From: the human T2T-CHM13v2.0 reference genome, Homo sapiens
Reading direction: 5' to 3' (one strand)
Length of the DNA: 64,000 nt
NCBI RefSeq assembly: GCF_009914755.1
Contig: NC_060929.1
The notes below the pieces were generated by a model. The model worked only from the letters and a program-made list of their open reading frames with translations. It was not told the origin of the DNA and did no database searches. Both the position numbers and the translations under genes were made by a program. Every line of letters begins with the position of its first letter. Position 1 is the stretch's first letter. This document shows, piece by piece, positions 27,326 to 44,444 of this stretch.

Positions 27326-28487
27326 CCTGTAATATAAAATTGATGCACCCAAAGATCTTAGGATATATGGAACTGTAAGAAGTAATAATAACCAGGTCCT
27401 CATAGCATCATAGACTACCTTTTGTTGATTTCTCTCCATTTCCTGAGAGTCTACAGGAACTAATGCCACCATAAGTCACATTTTTATTTTCCCTGTGGCA
27501 GCACAAGAAATTCAAGCTTTGCAGTGTATGGTTTGATTTGAGATGTCTTAATCTAATCATCATCCATCATCCTCTAATCTGACACATCCTATATGCCTTC
27601 CCTCTTCAGACCCTTTTTCTTTGCTCCTTGAAACACTCATATGTGATCAACACGGTCTCATTTATCCTTGTTATCTTTACCTTGACTAAAACCAGGTTAT
27701 GCTACTTCCCTGGAGGACCTCTCAAAAGGAAGCTGTTTGTTCTATTTCTTTCTCATCTGTCCCAGGACTAGGTATTGCATTAGGAGATCCCTTGCTTCCC
27801 ACTGCTGCTTTTAAATCATTTCATTTCCTTCTTCCCTTCATTCTTCCCAAATGCAAGGTCTTTCAACTTTCATTTCGTGCTACACTCTGCCCTTTATTGC
27901 TGCTCTCTGGAATTTGTGGTCACTGTCCCTCATACACTGAAAACTCACATACCTCTACCTCTAGCCCTGTTGTATTCCTGATGACTTGAGCACCCAAGGG
28001 AGTGATACATACAGCACTGGTCAATCATTTCTTTACCTGCCACACATACAGCAATCTTTAATTTCAATAGCCTTAGCCACTCATTCCCAAATAATGCTTG
28101 GATCATGCACATTATCATGAGTAAATACACCCATGTCTGAAATCCTGATTTCAAGTACTTCCCAATTTTTCTGTCTTTTCTTTACTTTCAGCTCACAGAA
28201 ACAATTCTTCCACCATATTAAAAACTCTAATCCAATTCACTTGTTCCACCACTTTTTTTATTCATTATTCTCTCCTGTCTTTACTTTCTTCCTCCTATTT
28301 CTTGATGCACTATTTCAATCACTCACTTCTAAACACACTAGGTTACTTTACCTAATACACTCAAACCCTCTTGGGATCCAGTTTTCCACCTTCTTTATGC
28401 CTATGAATTTTATGGAATAAAATGATATAAATGGGTCGACTGGTTTTATTTTAAATTACCAATTGTACATTTAAAAACATACTTTCT

Positions 28488-29005
28488 GAGAATTATAGTT
28501 TCCAGCTTCATCCATGTCCCTACAAAGGACATGAACTCATCATTTTTTATGGCTGCATAGTATTCCATGGTGTATATGTGCCACATTTTCTTAATCCAAT
28601 CTATCATTGTTGGACATTTGGGTTGGTTCCAAGTCTTTGCTATTGTGAATAGTGCCCCAATGAACATACGTGTGCATGTGTCTTTATAGCAGCATGATTT
28701 ATAATCCTTTCTCAGCAAACTATCGCAAGGACAAAAAACCAAACACCGCATGTTCTCACTCATAGGTGGGAATTGAACAATGAGAACACATGGACACAGG
28801 AAGGGGAACATCACATACCGGGGACTGTTGTGGGGTGGGGGGAGGGGGGAGGGATAGCATTAGGAGATATACCTAATGCTAAATGACGAGTTAATGGGTG
28901 CAGCACACCAACATGGCACATGTATACACATGTAACAAACCTGCACGTTGTGCACATGTACCCTAAAACAAAGTATAATGATAATAAAAATAAAATAAAA
29001 TAAAA
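28488..29005 (+). mobile_element. 5'-truncated, 5'-inverted L1PA (about L1PA4) insertion
   Basis: 28488-28710 is the reverse-strand ORF2 C-terminal segment; 28709-28980 is the sense ORF2 end and 3' UTR, followed by an A-rich tail. Confidence 0.93.
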
Positions 29006-29206
29006 TGAAAGTTAAATTAAGAAAATAAGTTAGCCAGTACAGACACGAAGAAGAGAATTCCACATAAAATAAACAATATATATTCAATCCCTGAGTAAAA
29101 GAAAGAACTATGTATTGAGAATTGGAGGGCCAGTATGGGCAGAGAGAAAAAGGGAACTGATCTGAGATAGGTCAAAGGGAGAGGGCAAAGGAAAAAAAAA
29201 AAAAAA
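29006..29206 (+). other. Probable L1 3' transduction (non-L1 segment plus second poly-A)
   Basis: TSD aaaa(a/g)catactttct at 28473-28487 recurs only at 29203-29217, after a second A-tract at 29192-29206. Confidence 0.8.
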
Positions 29207-29761
29207 GCATACTTTCTAATGTTGTGTGGTTTTGCTCTCTTTTCATAGTAAATTGCATCTACCTTTCCAAGGAAACAATTTTAAACCTTCTTTCTTTTTC
29301 AAACCCTTCACAACTCCCCTCACCACACAAACACACACATACATGCATATCCCACCTAATAATCTTCATACTGTCATATTTCATTGAAAAACTAGAAATT
29401 GTTATTTATTTTAAATTAACTCAACACATTTTATTGTAAGGAAACTGTCTTATTTTCACACTACCAAATTGTCCTGCTTGCAGGTATATGGATCTGGTGC
29501 TGCTCCTAGTCAATAAAAAAACTATCCCTGCTACAGTCAACCAGGACAGTACTCTCCACTGGTGCTCCAGATCTCATTCTCCCTTGTCCTCGCAAGGATT
29601 TTGCCTGTATAATCATCTTATATCTTCTTTATCAATATTGCTTTCCTTTTTATTGTATTATCCTCACTAGCCTCTAAAGTGTGTTTACTATGCCATATTT
29701 TTAAAAAGATAAATCTCCATTTCTCACTAGATAGGGCTCATTACTCTGCTTAGTGTCATAG

Positions 29762-31261
29762 TGATGGCAGCAGAGGCCCATCTGGAGCAGCTGCTGTGGA
29801 GATGTCACCTGCAGTGGGGGAGGTGTGGCTGGGGCTGGTTGCTCTGCGGAGCCCATGGGGGCTGGGAATAGGAGAGAGCCCTGCTCCCTGTTGAGGTGGC
29901 AGTGTGAGAGCCCCATGCTCCCAGGTGCAACTGCAGCTGCGCAGCCACCGCTCGGGATCCAGGCATCCCTGTGCTCTAGGGAGCACATGAAGCCTCCTGC
30001 CCCTGCATGCTTGGAAGTGCCTGCTCCCCTTCCCTGGGCCTCTCCTGTTCCCGGCACCTGCTCCAGCACAAAGCAAAGTTGTAGCTGAGCCCAGGTGTTG
30101 TTGTGACCTGGCCAGGTGTGCCCGCACTCAGGGCAGTGCTGACACACCAGCCCCCTGCTGCCTCAGTCCCCTCTGAAGCTTTGGGTACCAACAAGCCCAG
30201 GGAGGGAGCTTGGGTGGGGCCTGAGGGCGGCTTGGCGTGGACCTGCAGGCGCCTCTCAGCATGGACAGCCTGGGTGTGTGGACAGCATGTTGATGGCAGT
30301 GGGAGGCAAACAGGTTCCTAGGCAGGAAGGGGCAGGTACCCAGTGAAACCCCACCTTCAAGCCAAGCCAGGGATGGCCTGAAGCCTGGGAGCTGGGCTGC
30401 CAGTTCTGGGTGGAGTCGTGACCTAGAATGAGAATTTGTGGTTCCTTTTCCAGGCCTGCCCATGGCCACCCATGGACCAATCAGCACCCACTTCCTCCCT
30501 TCTGAGCCCATAAAAACGCCAGACTCAGCTAGACTCACTCTTCAGGATGACCTGCCTGTGGAGAGGAGTTGCCCCCTTTGGGTGTCCAGGGAGCTGTTCT
30601 GTTGTTCAATAAAGCTTCTCTCTGCCTTACTCACTCTCCAGTTGTCTGCATAACTTTATTCTTCCCAGAAGCGGGACAAGAACTCAGGACCCGTTGAAGA
30701 GCGAAAAGAGCTGGAACATGTTACTGAGTGGCTCACCAACCTGTGGGTGATGACATGTTTTCTGACTTAGGGAGTAAAGAATAGCAGTCCTTCTGGGAGC
30801 CCAGACCTTGAGGTTCATTGAGTCAGCGCTGTGACTCACTGTAATACCCTCTTTGGGGCTCTAAGGTTCCTGCTGTTTCCCAGCTCTCAAGCACCAACAC
30901 CTCCAGAGGCTGGTGCCTGCAGCAGAGGCTGCATGAAATATGTCTGGTCCAGCCACAGCCTCACATGGAGCCGACACCTGTGCCAGAGCCTGGAGCTGCC
31001 CTCCCCACCACAGCAGCCAGTGTGCCTCGCTGTGGACAGTGGCCAGACCCCGTACTGGATCACCCACACAACCCTCACCGCTCTGGGCCTGGCTTGCCCT
31101 TGGCAGGCATAGGATCCAGGCTGGTAGCATGAGCCAGCCGCAGCCTGCCAAACTGAGTGGGTGGAATGACCTCAGCATGCATAAGCAAAAACCCCAGCAG
31201 ATGCACTGCCGGCCACAGAAGTTTCTGGCTTGCAAAGTGACACCCTAAGGATCATGTGACA
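29762..31261 (+). mobile_element. MER52-family ERV1 solo LTR
   Basis: tgatggcagcagaggcccatctggagcag...gacaccctaaggatcatgtgaca; perfect 4-bp TSD ATAG at 29758-29761 and 31262-31265; AATAAA near 30608. Confidence 0.9.
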
Positions 31262-34200
31262 ATAGCAAAGTCTCTTAAATAAGTAATCAAGAATTGTCAT
31301 ATCCACATCCTCACCTCCCATTCAGATTCTGATCCATTCAAATCTCACTTTCATCCCCACCACACTACTGAAACTTTTATTCTCAAGGTCACCAAAATCA
31401 TCCCGCTACCAATTCCATTGGACTATATCTCTGTCTTCTTCTCCCTTGATTTCTCAATGATGTTACACACAGCAGCTCTTCCCTATTTCTTAAAACACTC
31501 TCCTTTCTTGTCACTCTTGACACCACTGACTCCTGTTTTCTTTTTAAAAAAATGTCTCAAGCTTCTCCCTTCCATTTCTTACACAATTTGTCTTACTCCT
31601 CCAATACCTTCTTCAACTCTTTATGCTGGAATTCCTAAACTGCCTTTCCTGAAATCTATTCTTTTTTACATCTATACTCTGTCCCTAGGTGTTTTCACTC
31701 TTTTGACTGTAAATACAATCAAATGCTGATAATTTTTATGTTTTATGTTGATATTGCTAGGCCAGATCATTCACTGAGCTCCATATTTATATACACAACT
31801 GTCTATATGATGGATGCCTCAAAGTTATGTCCAAAATGTACAAACCTACAATATCTGTTTCTCATACAATCTTCCTCATTTCAGTTAATGCCATCACCAT
31901 TGATCCAAGCAAGCAAGCCAAATCCATCAGACTATCTTCTTCCAGTTCATTGTAGGTTATTTAATTTTTATCTTTAGTGTCTTATTTCAAATGTTATCTT
32001 TTCAGAGTCTTCTCTGACTATCCCATCTAAAATAAACTCCTTATCTCCTTTCATATCTTTTTGTGTATGTGCTTCACATTTTTGCAGTCTATATTATTTT
32101 CTATTTTCAGCACTAGAATCATTGCCAGTTGTGAGCAGATTTCTTTCTTTTCACTATACGTGTATCAGATAGTGTAAGACCTGACATATAGTAGGCACTT
32201 AAATCTTTGTAAATTAAATAGAAAAAAATAAAATTTCAAAACATATCTCATAATAATTTCACATAATTATACATTATAATTAACCAGATTAATGGGTTAA
32301 ATTTATTATATGCAGGTCTAGCAAGGACATTACGATAGAGAACAAGGTGTATTACTAGTCCCATCCCCACCCAATGAACACATCATGCTTGTAATAGAAT
32401 TGTTGAAATACCATTAAAAATATCCAAACTCTATTTCTAATATGAATTATGGCTTTCTTTCATTTGTCTCTTCCATTACTTCTTATTCCTTTTCTAAATC
32501 TTTAGTTATGTAGACATAGTTTTGCTGTATAATTTAAATTCTGGTTTCAGTTACTTGAATTAATGCTCCAGTTTTACTTCTTGGATTTGGCTTAGGCATT
32601 TCTATAGAACACAATACACCTGGGCATGGTTTGCCATAGAAGTTCACTTTTGGCTTTATAATCATGCACTTGCTATCATTTCTACATCCCATAAACATAG
32701 ATAACAGAGTCACACAATCTCTCTAGATCTGGGAAATTCCCAGCAAGACCTCTCTTCAGCCAGCCTTCACTAGGAAGTTCTTTTTAAGAATTAAATTTAA
32801 TTGTTACAGACACAAGCACAATCATATTAATTAAAAATAATGGTGAATATAAATTACTTTAACTGAAATGATTTGTTTAAGTAAAGGTGAACAATGAAAT
32901 TTCAATTCAGAATTGGCCTTTGTTAAGGTGTAATAATTTTACAAAGACTAGCTATTAATCTTTTGTGGAAAGCTGAAACTTTTTTTATCCTAACTTTAAA
33001 TGCAGTAATGATTTTTAGACTCAAGGATTTGTAAAACCTTAAATTCACACTAGAAAAAAAATTTAGAAATTCATTAATGGTAATATCCACATATATTTAA
33101 CACTTTCTAGTTGTACATGAAACATATCCAAGTGCTTTTCAGGATAATCTAAAGTCTAGGACTATTTGTAAAAGCTGGTTTTGGCTTTTAAAATTATATT
33201 TTAAGCAGGTTCTAAGGGAGAATTGTAGAGTGTAGGAAAAAGTGACTAAGAAAGACGATATATCCTCCCCTCTGAGCTACGGTGAGTGTGGCATTTGTCG
33301 TATTGATACAATAAAAATAATAAAGCAATAATCTTTCAAAGATGTTTCACTATTCCATGGAAAGAAGTTGAATCTATTGAAAGAGCTAGAACTGGCTAGT
33401 CCAACAGAACTCTAAAGTTTTATTTTTGGTAGCACCAAGGAGGTCTGGGAAATTCTCTGTTAGGTACAGAGAAGGTGATTGACAGAAAACACATGACCTC
33501 TTCAGTAGACATTACCAGTGTTTGAAAATCCTTCGTGAAATGAGTGCTGGTGGCATCCAACCCATCAATGGCAGGGCATGTGAATGTGTGAAGGTGGGCA
33601 GGGGAAAACTGGTAATGGTACCATTATGAGAAATCAACAATTGCCTGAGAAATTGCTAACAGAGGAGGAGGGCAGTGTAGTTAGCAACAGATTTTTGACT
33701 GATATTAAAAGTAAACTTGGGAACTTAAATGAAATCTTAGGTCTGTTCCTTTGTTGACATTAGATAGTATTGCTAATTATTATCAGAATTTTTTTGTATC
33801 TTAGAGAAGCAATGAACTATTGTTTGGATGAGTTGTTAGCTTTTGAGATGGGGGCTCAAATAACTATATCCTTCTATATCAGGGGTTCTCCTGATATAAG
33901 ATTCACCTAGATGTGTGGATGACTTCCAAGTTAGCACAAGTAAGGAAACAAAGTAAGTTGAATTATGAAGTTTAACTTTTTGAAACATGGCAATTCATTG
34001 TCATTCAGAAAAATGAAAAAATTTTTGAAAGTCTGTTTGAAATCAAAGTCTATCTTAGAGTTGTTAAAACTAAAATGAATGGGAGGAGCCAAGATGGCCG
34101 AATAGGAACAGCTCCGGTCTACAGCTCCCAGCGTGAGCTACGCAGAAGATGGGTGATTTCTGCATTTCCATCTGAGGTACGGGGTTCATCTCACTAGGGA

Positions 34201-34984
34201 GTGCCAGACAGTGGGCGCAGGTCAGTGGGTGCGCGCACCACGCTCGAGCCGAAGCAGGGCGAGGCATTGCCTCACTTGGGAAGTGCAAGGGGTCAGGGAG
34301 TTCCCTTTCCTAGTCAAAGAAAGGGGTGACAGACGGCACCTGGAAAATTGGGTCACTCCCACCCGAATACTGTGCTTTTCCGATGGGCTTAAAAAACAGC
34401 GCATCAGGAGATTATATCCTGCACATGGCTCAGAGGGTCCTATGCCCATGGAGTCTCACTGATTGCTAGCACAGTAGTCTGAGATCAAACTGCAAGGGGG
34501 CAGCGAGGCTGGGGGAGGGGCGCCCGACATTGCCCAGGCTTGCTTAGGTAAATAAAGCAGCGGGAAGCTCGAACTGGGTGGAGCCCACCACAGCTCAAGG
34601 AGGCCTGCCTGCCTCTGTAGGCTCCACCTCTGGGGGCAGGGCACAGACAAACAAAAAGACAGCAGTAACCTCTGCAGACTTAAATGTCCCTGTCTGACTG
34701 CTTCGAAGAGAGCAGTGGTTCTCTCAGCACGCAGCTGGAGATCTGAGAACGGGCAGACTGCCTCCTCAAGTGGGTCCCTGACCCCTGACCCCGGAGCAGC
34801 CTAACTGGGAGGCACCCCCCGGCAGGGGCAGACTGACACCTCACACGGCCAGGTACTCCAACAGACCTGCAGCTGAAGGTCCTGTCTGTTAGAAGGAAAA
34901 CTAACAAACAGAAAGGACATCCACACCAAAAACCCATCTGTACATCACCATCATCAAAGACCAAAAGTAGATAAAACCACAAAG

Positions 34985-36002
34985 ATGGGGAAAAAACAGA
35001 GCAGAAAAACTGGAAACTCTAAAAAGCAGAGCGACTCTCCTCCTCCAAAGGAACGCAGTTCCTCACCAGCAACGGAACAAAGCTGGATGGAGAATGACTT
35101 TGACGAGCTGAGAGAAGAAGGCTTCAGACGATCAAACTACTCTGAGGTATGGGAGGACATTCAAACCAAAGGCAAAGAAGTTGAAAACTTTGAAAAAAAT
35201 TTAGAAGAATGTATAACTAGAATAACCAATACAGAGAAGTGCTTAAAGGAGCTGATGGAGCTGAAAACCAAGGCTCGAGAACTATGTGAAGAATGCAGAA
35301 GCCTCAGGAGCCGATGCGATCAACTGGAAGAAAGGGTATCAGCGATGGAAGATGAAATGAATGAAATGAAGCAAGAAGGGAAGTTTAGAGAAAAAAAGAA
35401 TGAAAAGAAACGAGCAAAGACTCCAAGAAATATGGGAATATGTGAAAAGACCAAATCTATGTCTGACTGGTGTACCTGAAAGTGACGGGGAGAATGGAAC
35501 CAAGTTGGAAAATACTCTGCAGGATATTATCCAGGAGAACTTCTCCAATCTAGCAAGGCAGGCCAACATTCAGATTCAGGAAATACAGAGAATGCCACAA
35601 AGATACTCCTCAAGAAGAGCAACTCCAAGACACATAATTGTCAGATTCACCAAAGTTGAAATGAAGGGTAAAATGTTCAGGGCAGCCAGACAGAAAGGTC
35701 GCGTTACCCTCAAAGGGAATCCCATCAGACTAACAGCAGATCTCTTGGCAGAAATTCTACAAGCCAGAAGAGAGTGGGGGCCAATATTCAACATTCTTAA
35801 AGAAAATAATTTTCAACCCAGAATTTCATATCCAGCCAAACTAAACTTCATAAGTGAAGGAGAAATAAAATACTTTACAGACAAGCAAATGCTGAGAGAT
35901 TTTGTCACCAGCAGGCCTGCCCTAAAAGAGGTCCTGAAGGAAGCACTAAACATGGAAAGGAACAACCGGTACCAGCCACTGCAAAATCATGCCAAAATGT
36001 AA
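34985..36002 (+). pseudogene. L1 ORF1p (RNA-binding chaperone), frameshifted
   Basis: MGKKQSRKTGNSK...QNHAKM split across two frames by an extra A in the A-run at ~35391-35397. Confidence 0.93.
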
Positions 36003-36065
36003 AGACCGTCGAGACTAGGAAGAAACTGCATCAACTAACGAGCAAAATAACCAGCTAACATCATA

Positions 36066-39889
<3,824 letters not shown>

Positions 39890-41189
39890 ACAATGAGAAC
39901 ACATGGACACAGGAAGGGGAACATCACACTCTGGGGACTGTTGTGGGGTGGGGGGAGGGGAGAGGGGTAGCACTGGGAGACATACCTAATGCTAGATGAT
40001 GAGTTAGTGGGTGCAGCGCACCAGCATGGCACATGTATACATATGTAACTAACCTGCACATTGTGCACATGTACCCTCAAACTTAAAGTATAATAATAAT
40101 AAATAAATAAATTTAAAAAAAAACAAAACTAAAATGAACTACACAAAGGTCTGTTTATGTTGAATTTAGAGTACTTTAAGTTTCCAGGGAAACAGAACAT
40201 ATAGAAATGAAAAGCAGATGTTACTAAATTGACACTCTGGAAAACTCCCAAGAGGTTTAATCCTCTGCTAGGTAAGATTGCTTGCCCCAAAACTTTATGT
40301 GCCAATTTTTTTTGCAGTGTGAGTTTTGACAACTACACTGTTCCCAGAACAAACTTATATATTATTATGATATCCTAATGCTTTTGTTATTACCGTCTCT
40401 TACAGTGCCCACTATTGCTTTGCTGCCAAGTAAGAGCAGCATATATATCTATTCTTTCTTCCAGAAAAAAAAAATGAATCCAAATTTAATACTGGAAAAT
40501 TCACATGAAAATATGTAGCCCAATTTGCCATTAAATTCACATTGTTTAGGTTTAATTGAAACATAGCATCTTATATTTTTACCCCATAGTCACTTCCCTT
40601 TACTTTAAAATATTTTCAGCAGAAACGGGAGTAGAAAACAGAGTCAGGTCAATAAGTCATTCGGATTCTGAATTCTGTAGTAAATTTTGAATTATACAGA
40701 TATTAACTAATCAATTCTAACAGTTTTTCTGAGACTACTGAGCATAATATTCTACAGTGCATGAGTTGCTCCATGGTGAGACAGTCTTAGAGGTTTGTTT
40801 GTTCTTTCCCACCACGGAGACACTGTTTCACATATAACAAACACCTTAAAACCATCAACGTCTGTGTTCAAAGACATTGCTATAGGAAGCCTAATTGGTG
40901 TGCGGATGCAAAGTTAAGACCATCATTTTTTTCTGCTCTTTGCCCATGTGAAATCTGTTCGTTCTGCCCTATGTACTTTCAGTGCCTATTTGCAGCATGG
41001 CCTCCTGTTCTGCACAAAATTTTCCTGAGGTCTGAGGCCAACGCAGCAGCTCTGTTTTTTACAGCCTAGCAGATGGGCAGCAAGCCAGATGTAGTTGGTT
41101 TTTGGCAGCCATATTTTCCACATTGCTTGGTGGTATACCTTATACACATGGAGGTTGATAGTTGGCATATATGTTCAGTTACTGTAGAG

Positions 41190-41402
41190 TAGCATTTTTC
41201 AATCTTGCACTATTGACGTTTTGGACTTGGTAATTATTTATTCTGGGCGGATGTCCTCTGCATTGCAGGATATTTAGCAACATTCTGGATCTCTGTGCAC
41301 TAAATGCTAGTACCACCACTCATCCAAATTGTGACAACCAATGTCTTCAGGTATTTCTAAGTGTCCCCTGGGAGCAAAAGCATCCCCACTTGAGAAGTAC
41401 TG
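41190..41402 (-). mobile_element. MER20 hAT-Charlie element
   Basis: 'cactattgacgttttggac...attgtgacaacca...gtgtcccctggg...ttgagaagtactg' matches the reverse MER20 consensus. Confidence 0.8.
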
Positions 41403-41584
41403 CTGGAGACAAAGGGAAAATGAAGAGGCTTTGTGGCAGACAAGTGTTGTTTAGGAGAATATAGCTGGTGGCACTGGGTAAGATATGAGGGAGAGGGGAG
41501 ATAAACCAAAGAAGAGGTTTGGAAGGAAAAGAGCCCACATTACAGTGACCAATTAGGAAACAAAATGAGTTGTCTTTGACTTTG

Positions 41585-43090
41585 CTTCAGTAAATGTTTA
41601 TTAAGTTGTTACTATGAGCTAAGCACAGTGTTTATTGCTGTAGATATTTAGACCAGTGATGCATATATATTGCTTGCAATCTGGTAGGGGAATTAGAAAA
41701 AAAAACTTAATTACAATCATGTATGAGCTGCAGAAGTGAAACTTAACCCAGTTGATTCAAAAGGGAAGAGAGGCTGGGTGTGGTGGCTCACGCCTATAAT
41801 CCTAGCACTATGGGAGGCAGAGACAGGCAGATCCCTTGAGCTCAGAAGTTTGAAACCAGCCTGGGCAACATAGAAAATCCCCTTATCTATAAAAAATACA
41901 AAAACTTAGCTGGGCATGCTGTCATGCACCTGTAGTTCCAGCACTTGGGGGGCTGAGGCAGGGGGATCACTTGAGCCAGGGAGGTTGAGGCACAGTGAGC
42001 CAAAATCGCACCACTTTGTTCCAGCCTGGGTGACAAAGTGAGACCCTGTCTAAAAAATAAAATAAAAAAATAAAAACCCAAAAATCAAACAAACAAAAAA
42101 CGGTGGGGGGAAGAGAGAGAGGTGACAAGAAAGGCTACCCAGAAGATTGCCCTACATGTTGAAGGTCAAAGAAGAGTTCATCACATTTAGAAAGGTGTGG
42201 GAAGAATATTGTACTTAAAGAGAGACAGACAGTCTGATATCAGGTAAACAGGCAGAGAGAGGGACAATACAAGAAAATGATGCATTTAGTGGACTATAAG
42301 TAACACGACCATGCTGAGCAAAGATGTTTAATAACAAAGAGAGAAGCTAGAGAAGAGGTCAGAGACGAATTATGATGAGCCTTGGGAAGTAAATTAAGTT
42401 TTACCTATAGAACATATGTAGAATTTTGAGCTAAAGAATGATACAATAAAATTGATGTTTTAGAAAATAACTCAGGAAGTCATGAAGAGAAAATACTGGA
42501 GTTGAGAATAGACAAGAGGCAGAAAACTTGGAGGTTAGTATAGATATCCACATAAAGTAAAAATAAAGAAAATGTGAGAAACAGGATAAAAGTAGAGAAA
42601 CACCAAGGAGTAATTGCAACAATCCAGCACCATCTCTCCCAGAATAATACCTCAGTTAAGGTGTAAGTGGAGAGAAAGAAGAGGAGATATCTTGTGTAGA
42701 TGAGTATAGACAGAATCCAGAGAAAATGGCTGTGGTAAGTGATAAAGAAGGAAAACTACTTGGATAATTCAGGTTTCCTACTTAAATGATTAACTGTATG
42801 GTAGACTCATATATCAAGTGAAAAGGAAAAAAGAAAAATCAGTTTGTTAGGAATCATGATAAAATCAGTTTTGGATATGTTAAACAAGTCATCTAGAGGG
42901 TATTCAAGGGGAAAAGTGCAATGGGTAGTCGAATATTTGGTTGAAAATTCAGCAAAGACATCTTGTTTGGAGATGTGTATTTGTAAACCATTTGTCAATA
43001 AATGATCACTGAAGCCAGAGTTATAAAGAATATTACTTTGAAAGAATGAGAATAGAGCAAAGATGGAAAGACATCACCCAGCTAGAAAGC
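41585..43090 (-). mobile_element. L2 remnant interrupted by an Alu
   Basis: 'taaatgtttattaagttgttactatgagctaagcacagtg' and 'tcagttttggatatgttaaa' are reverse L2-like motifs; boundaries approximate. Confidence 0.55.
41772..42100 (+). mobile_element. AluJ-type element
   Basis: ggctgggtgtggtggctcacgcc start, 'gatcacttgagccagggagg', degenerate A tail, TSD-like gggaagaga on both sides. Confidence 0.9.
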
Positions 43091-44444
43091 AGAGCAGAGC
43101 CAAGAGTTGAATCAAAGCATGTGAATCCATATTTGGGGCTCTGAGCCACCGTATGGTCTTGACTCTGATTTTAAACACCTATCCATAATTCCTTCTTATA
43201 AATTACTCCACCATCATGCTATGTGGGGCCTTTCCTCCATCCCCTTAGGAGGAACAATAATACTCCTTACGGCATCACTATCCCCTGTACATACTTTTAT
43301 TGTAGCACTCAATAGGCTTCATTGCATTTTATTTTACATTAGATATTGCTTTTTGAATAGAAAAATCATTCTGTAATCAGCTTGTATTTCCGGTACTTAA
43401 CAGAATGGTTGTATGTACTAGGTGCAATAAAGCTAACTTTTGTTGATTTCAAAGCACCTAGTATATACAACCATGCTATTATTCTACATTTGTCGAAAGA
43501 AATGTAAATAATACAAGTGGATCTGCAAGAAATAAGTTAGATTAAGAGTAATACGTTTTTTATAAGCTCATTCTGTTTGCCATGACTTAAAATGTTAACT
43601 AGTCTTAAAATATTTTATACTTATGCTTATTTTAAAGTTAAATCATATACCCAGCCACAAACTTATTATTCACCCCATATTCTCATTTTTCATTGTATGC
43701 TGCTAACACTGCCACCATTAAAGCCAAACTACAAAATTCAGAAGACAGACAACTTTGGAAAGCAGGCGTAAGAACAAACAGGCTGTCTAATTGGATCTCC
43801 TCATCTTTTACAAATAAAATTCTAGAAAACAGCAAAAGAAATAAGATCTAACTTCGTTTAAAGTTAATGTTTATAACAATAATATCATCTCTTAATTTAT
43901 AATTTGGGGTAATAATAATTCAGTCTATTTTTTTGTTGGTGGTGATACGTATTTTATTGTGAAAATTTGCAAAAGTAGACTGATAGGCTCACCTATAAAG
44001 AAGCATAAATAATGTAATTTTCACTCATTTTAAGAATATTATCAAAATCACTATAGATATTAGTTCTTAAATTATCATATACATATGTGTGTGCATATTA
44101 TAGTTCTTTAGAAATCAGCTGTGAGTTATAGCTGATAGTAATGTCTTAAAATTTCCTGTTAATTTTTCTCTTCTGGAGGCATAAACCAAATTATATTCCC
44201 CCAGGGCACTGATTATATAAATTATAAAACATGAAAATGTTAATGCAAATCGGGCACTACAGTAATGCCAATAACCCAATATAAATAAATACTGTCAGTA
44301 CTAGCAAATCACTCACTGATTTGTAACTTGGTTTGTGAGATTTTGTCTCATTATATTAGAGTTGAGTTGCTCCTAAAGAAGATAATTAAATTCAACACAA
44401 TGTTAACATGCCAAAGTGGAACAGAGTCCTGTAAAAAGGGTACA

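Larger units (their letters stand above)
27900..32230 (+). mobile_element. Fragmented L2 LINE hosting the L1 and MER52 insertions
   Basis: L2-like motifs on both sides of the inserts, e.g. 'ccccaccacactactgaaacttttattctcaaggtcaccaa' and a 3' end 'atagtaggcacttaaatctttgtaaattaaa'; boundaries approximate. Confidence 0.6.
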
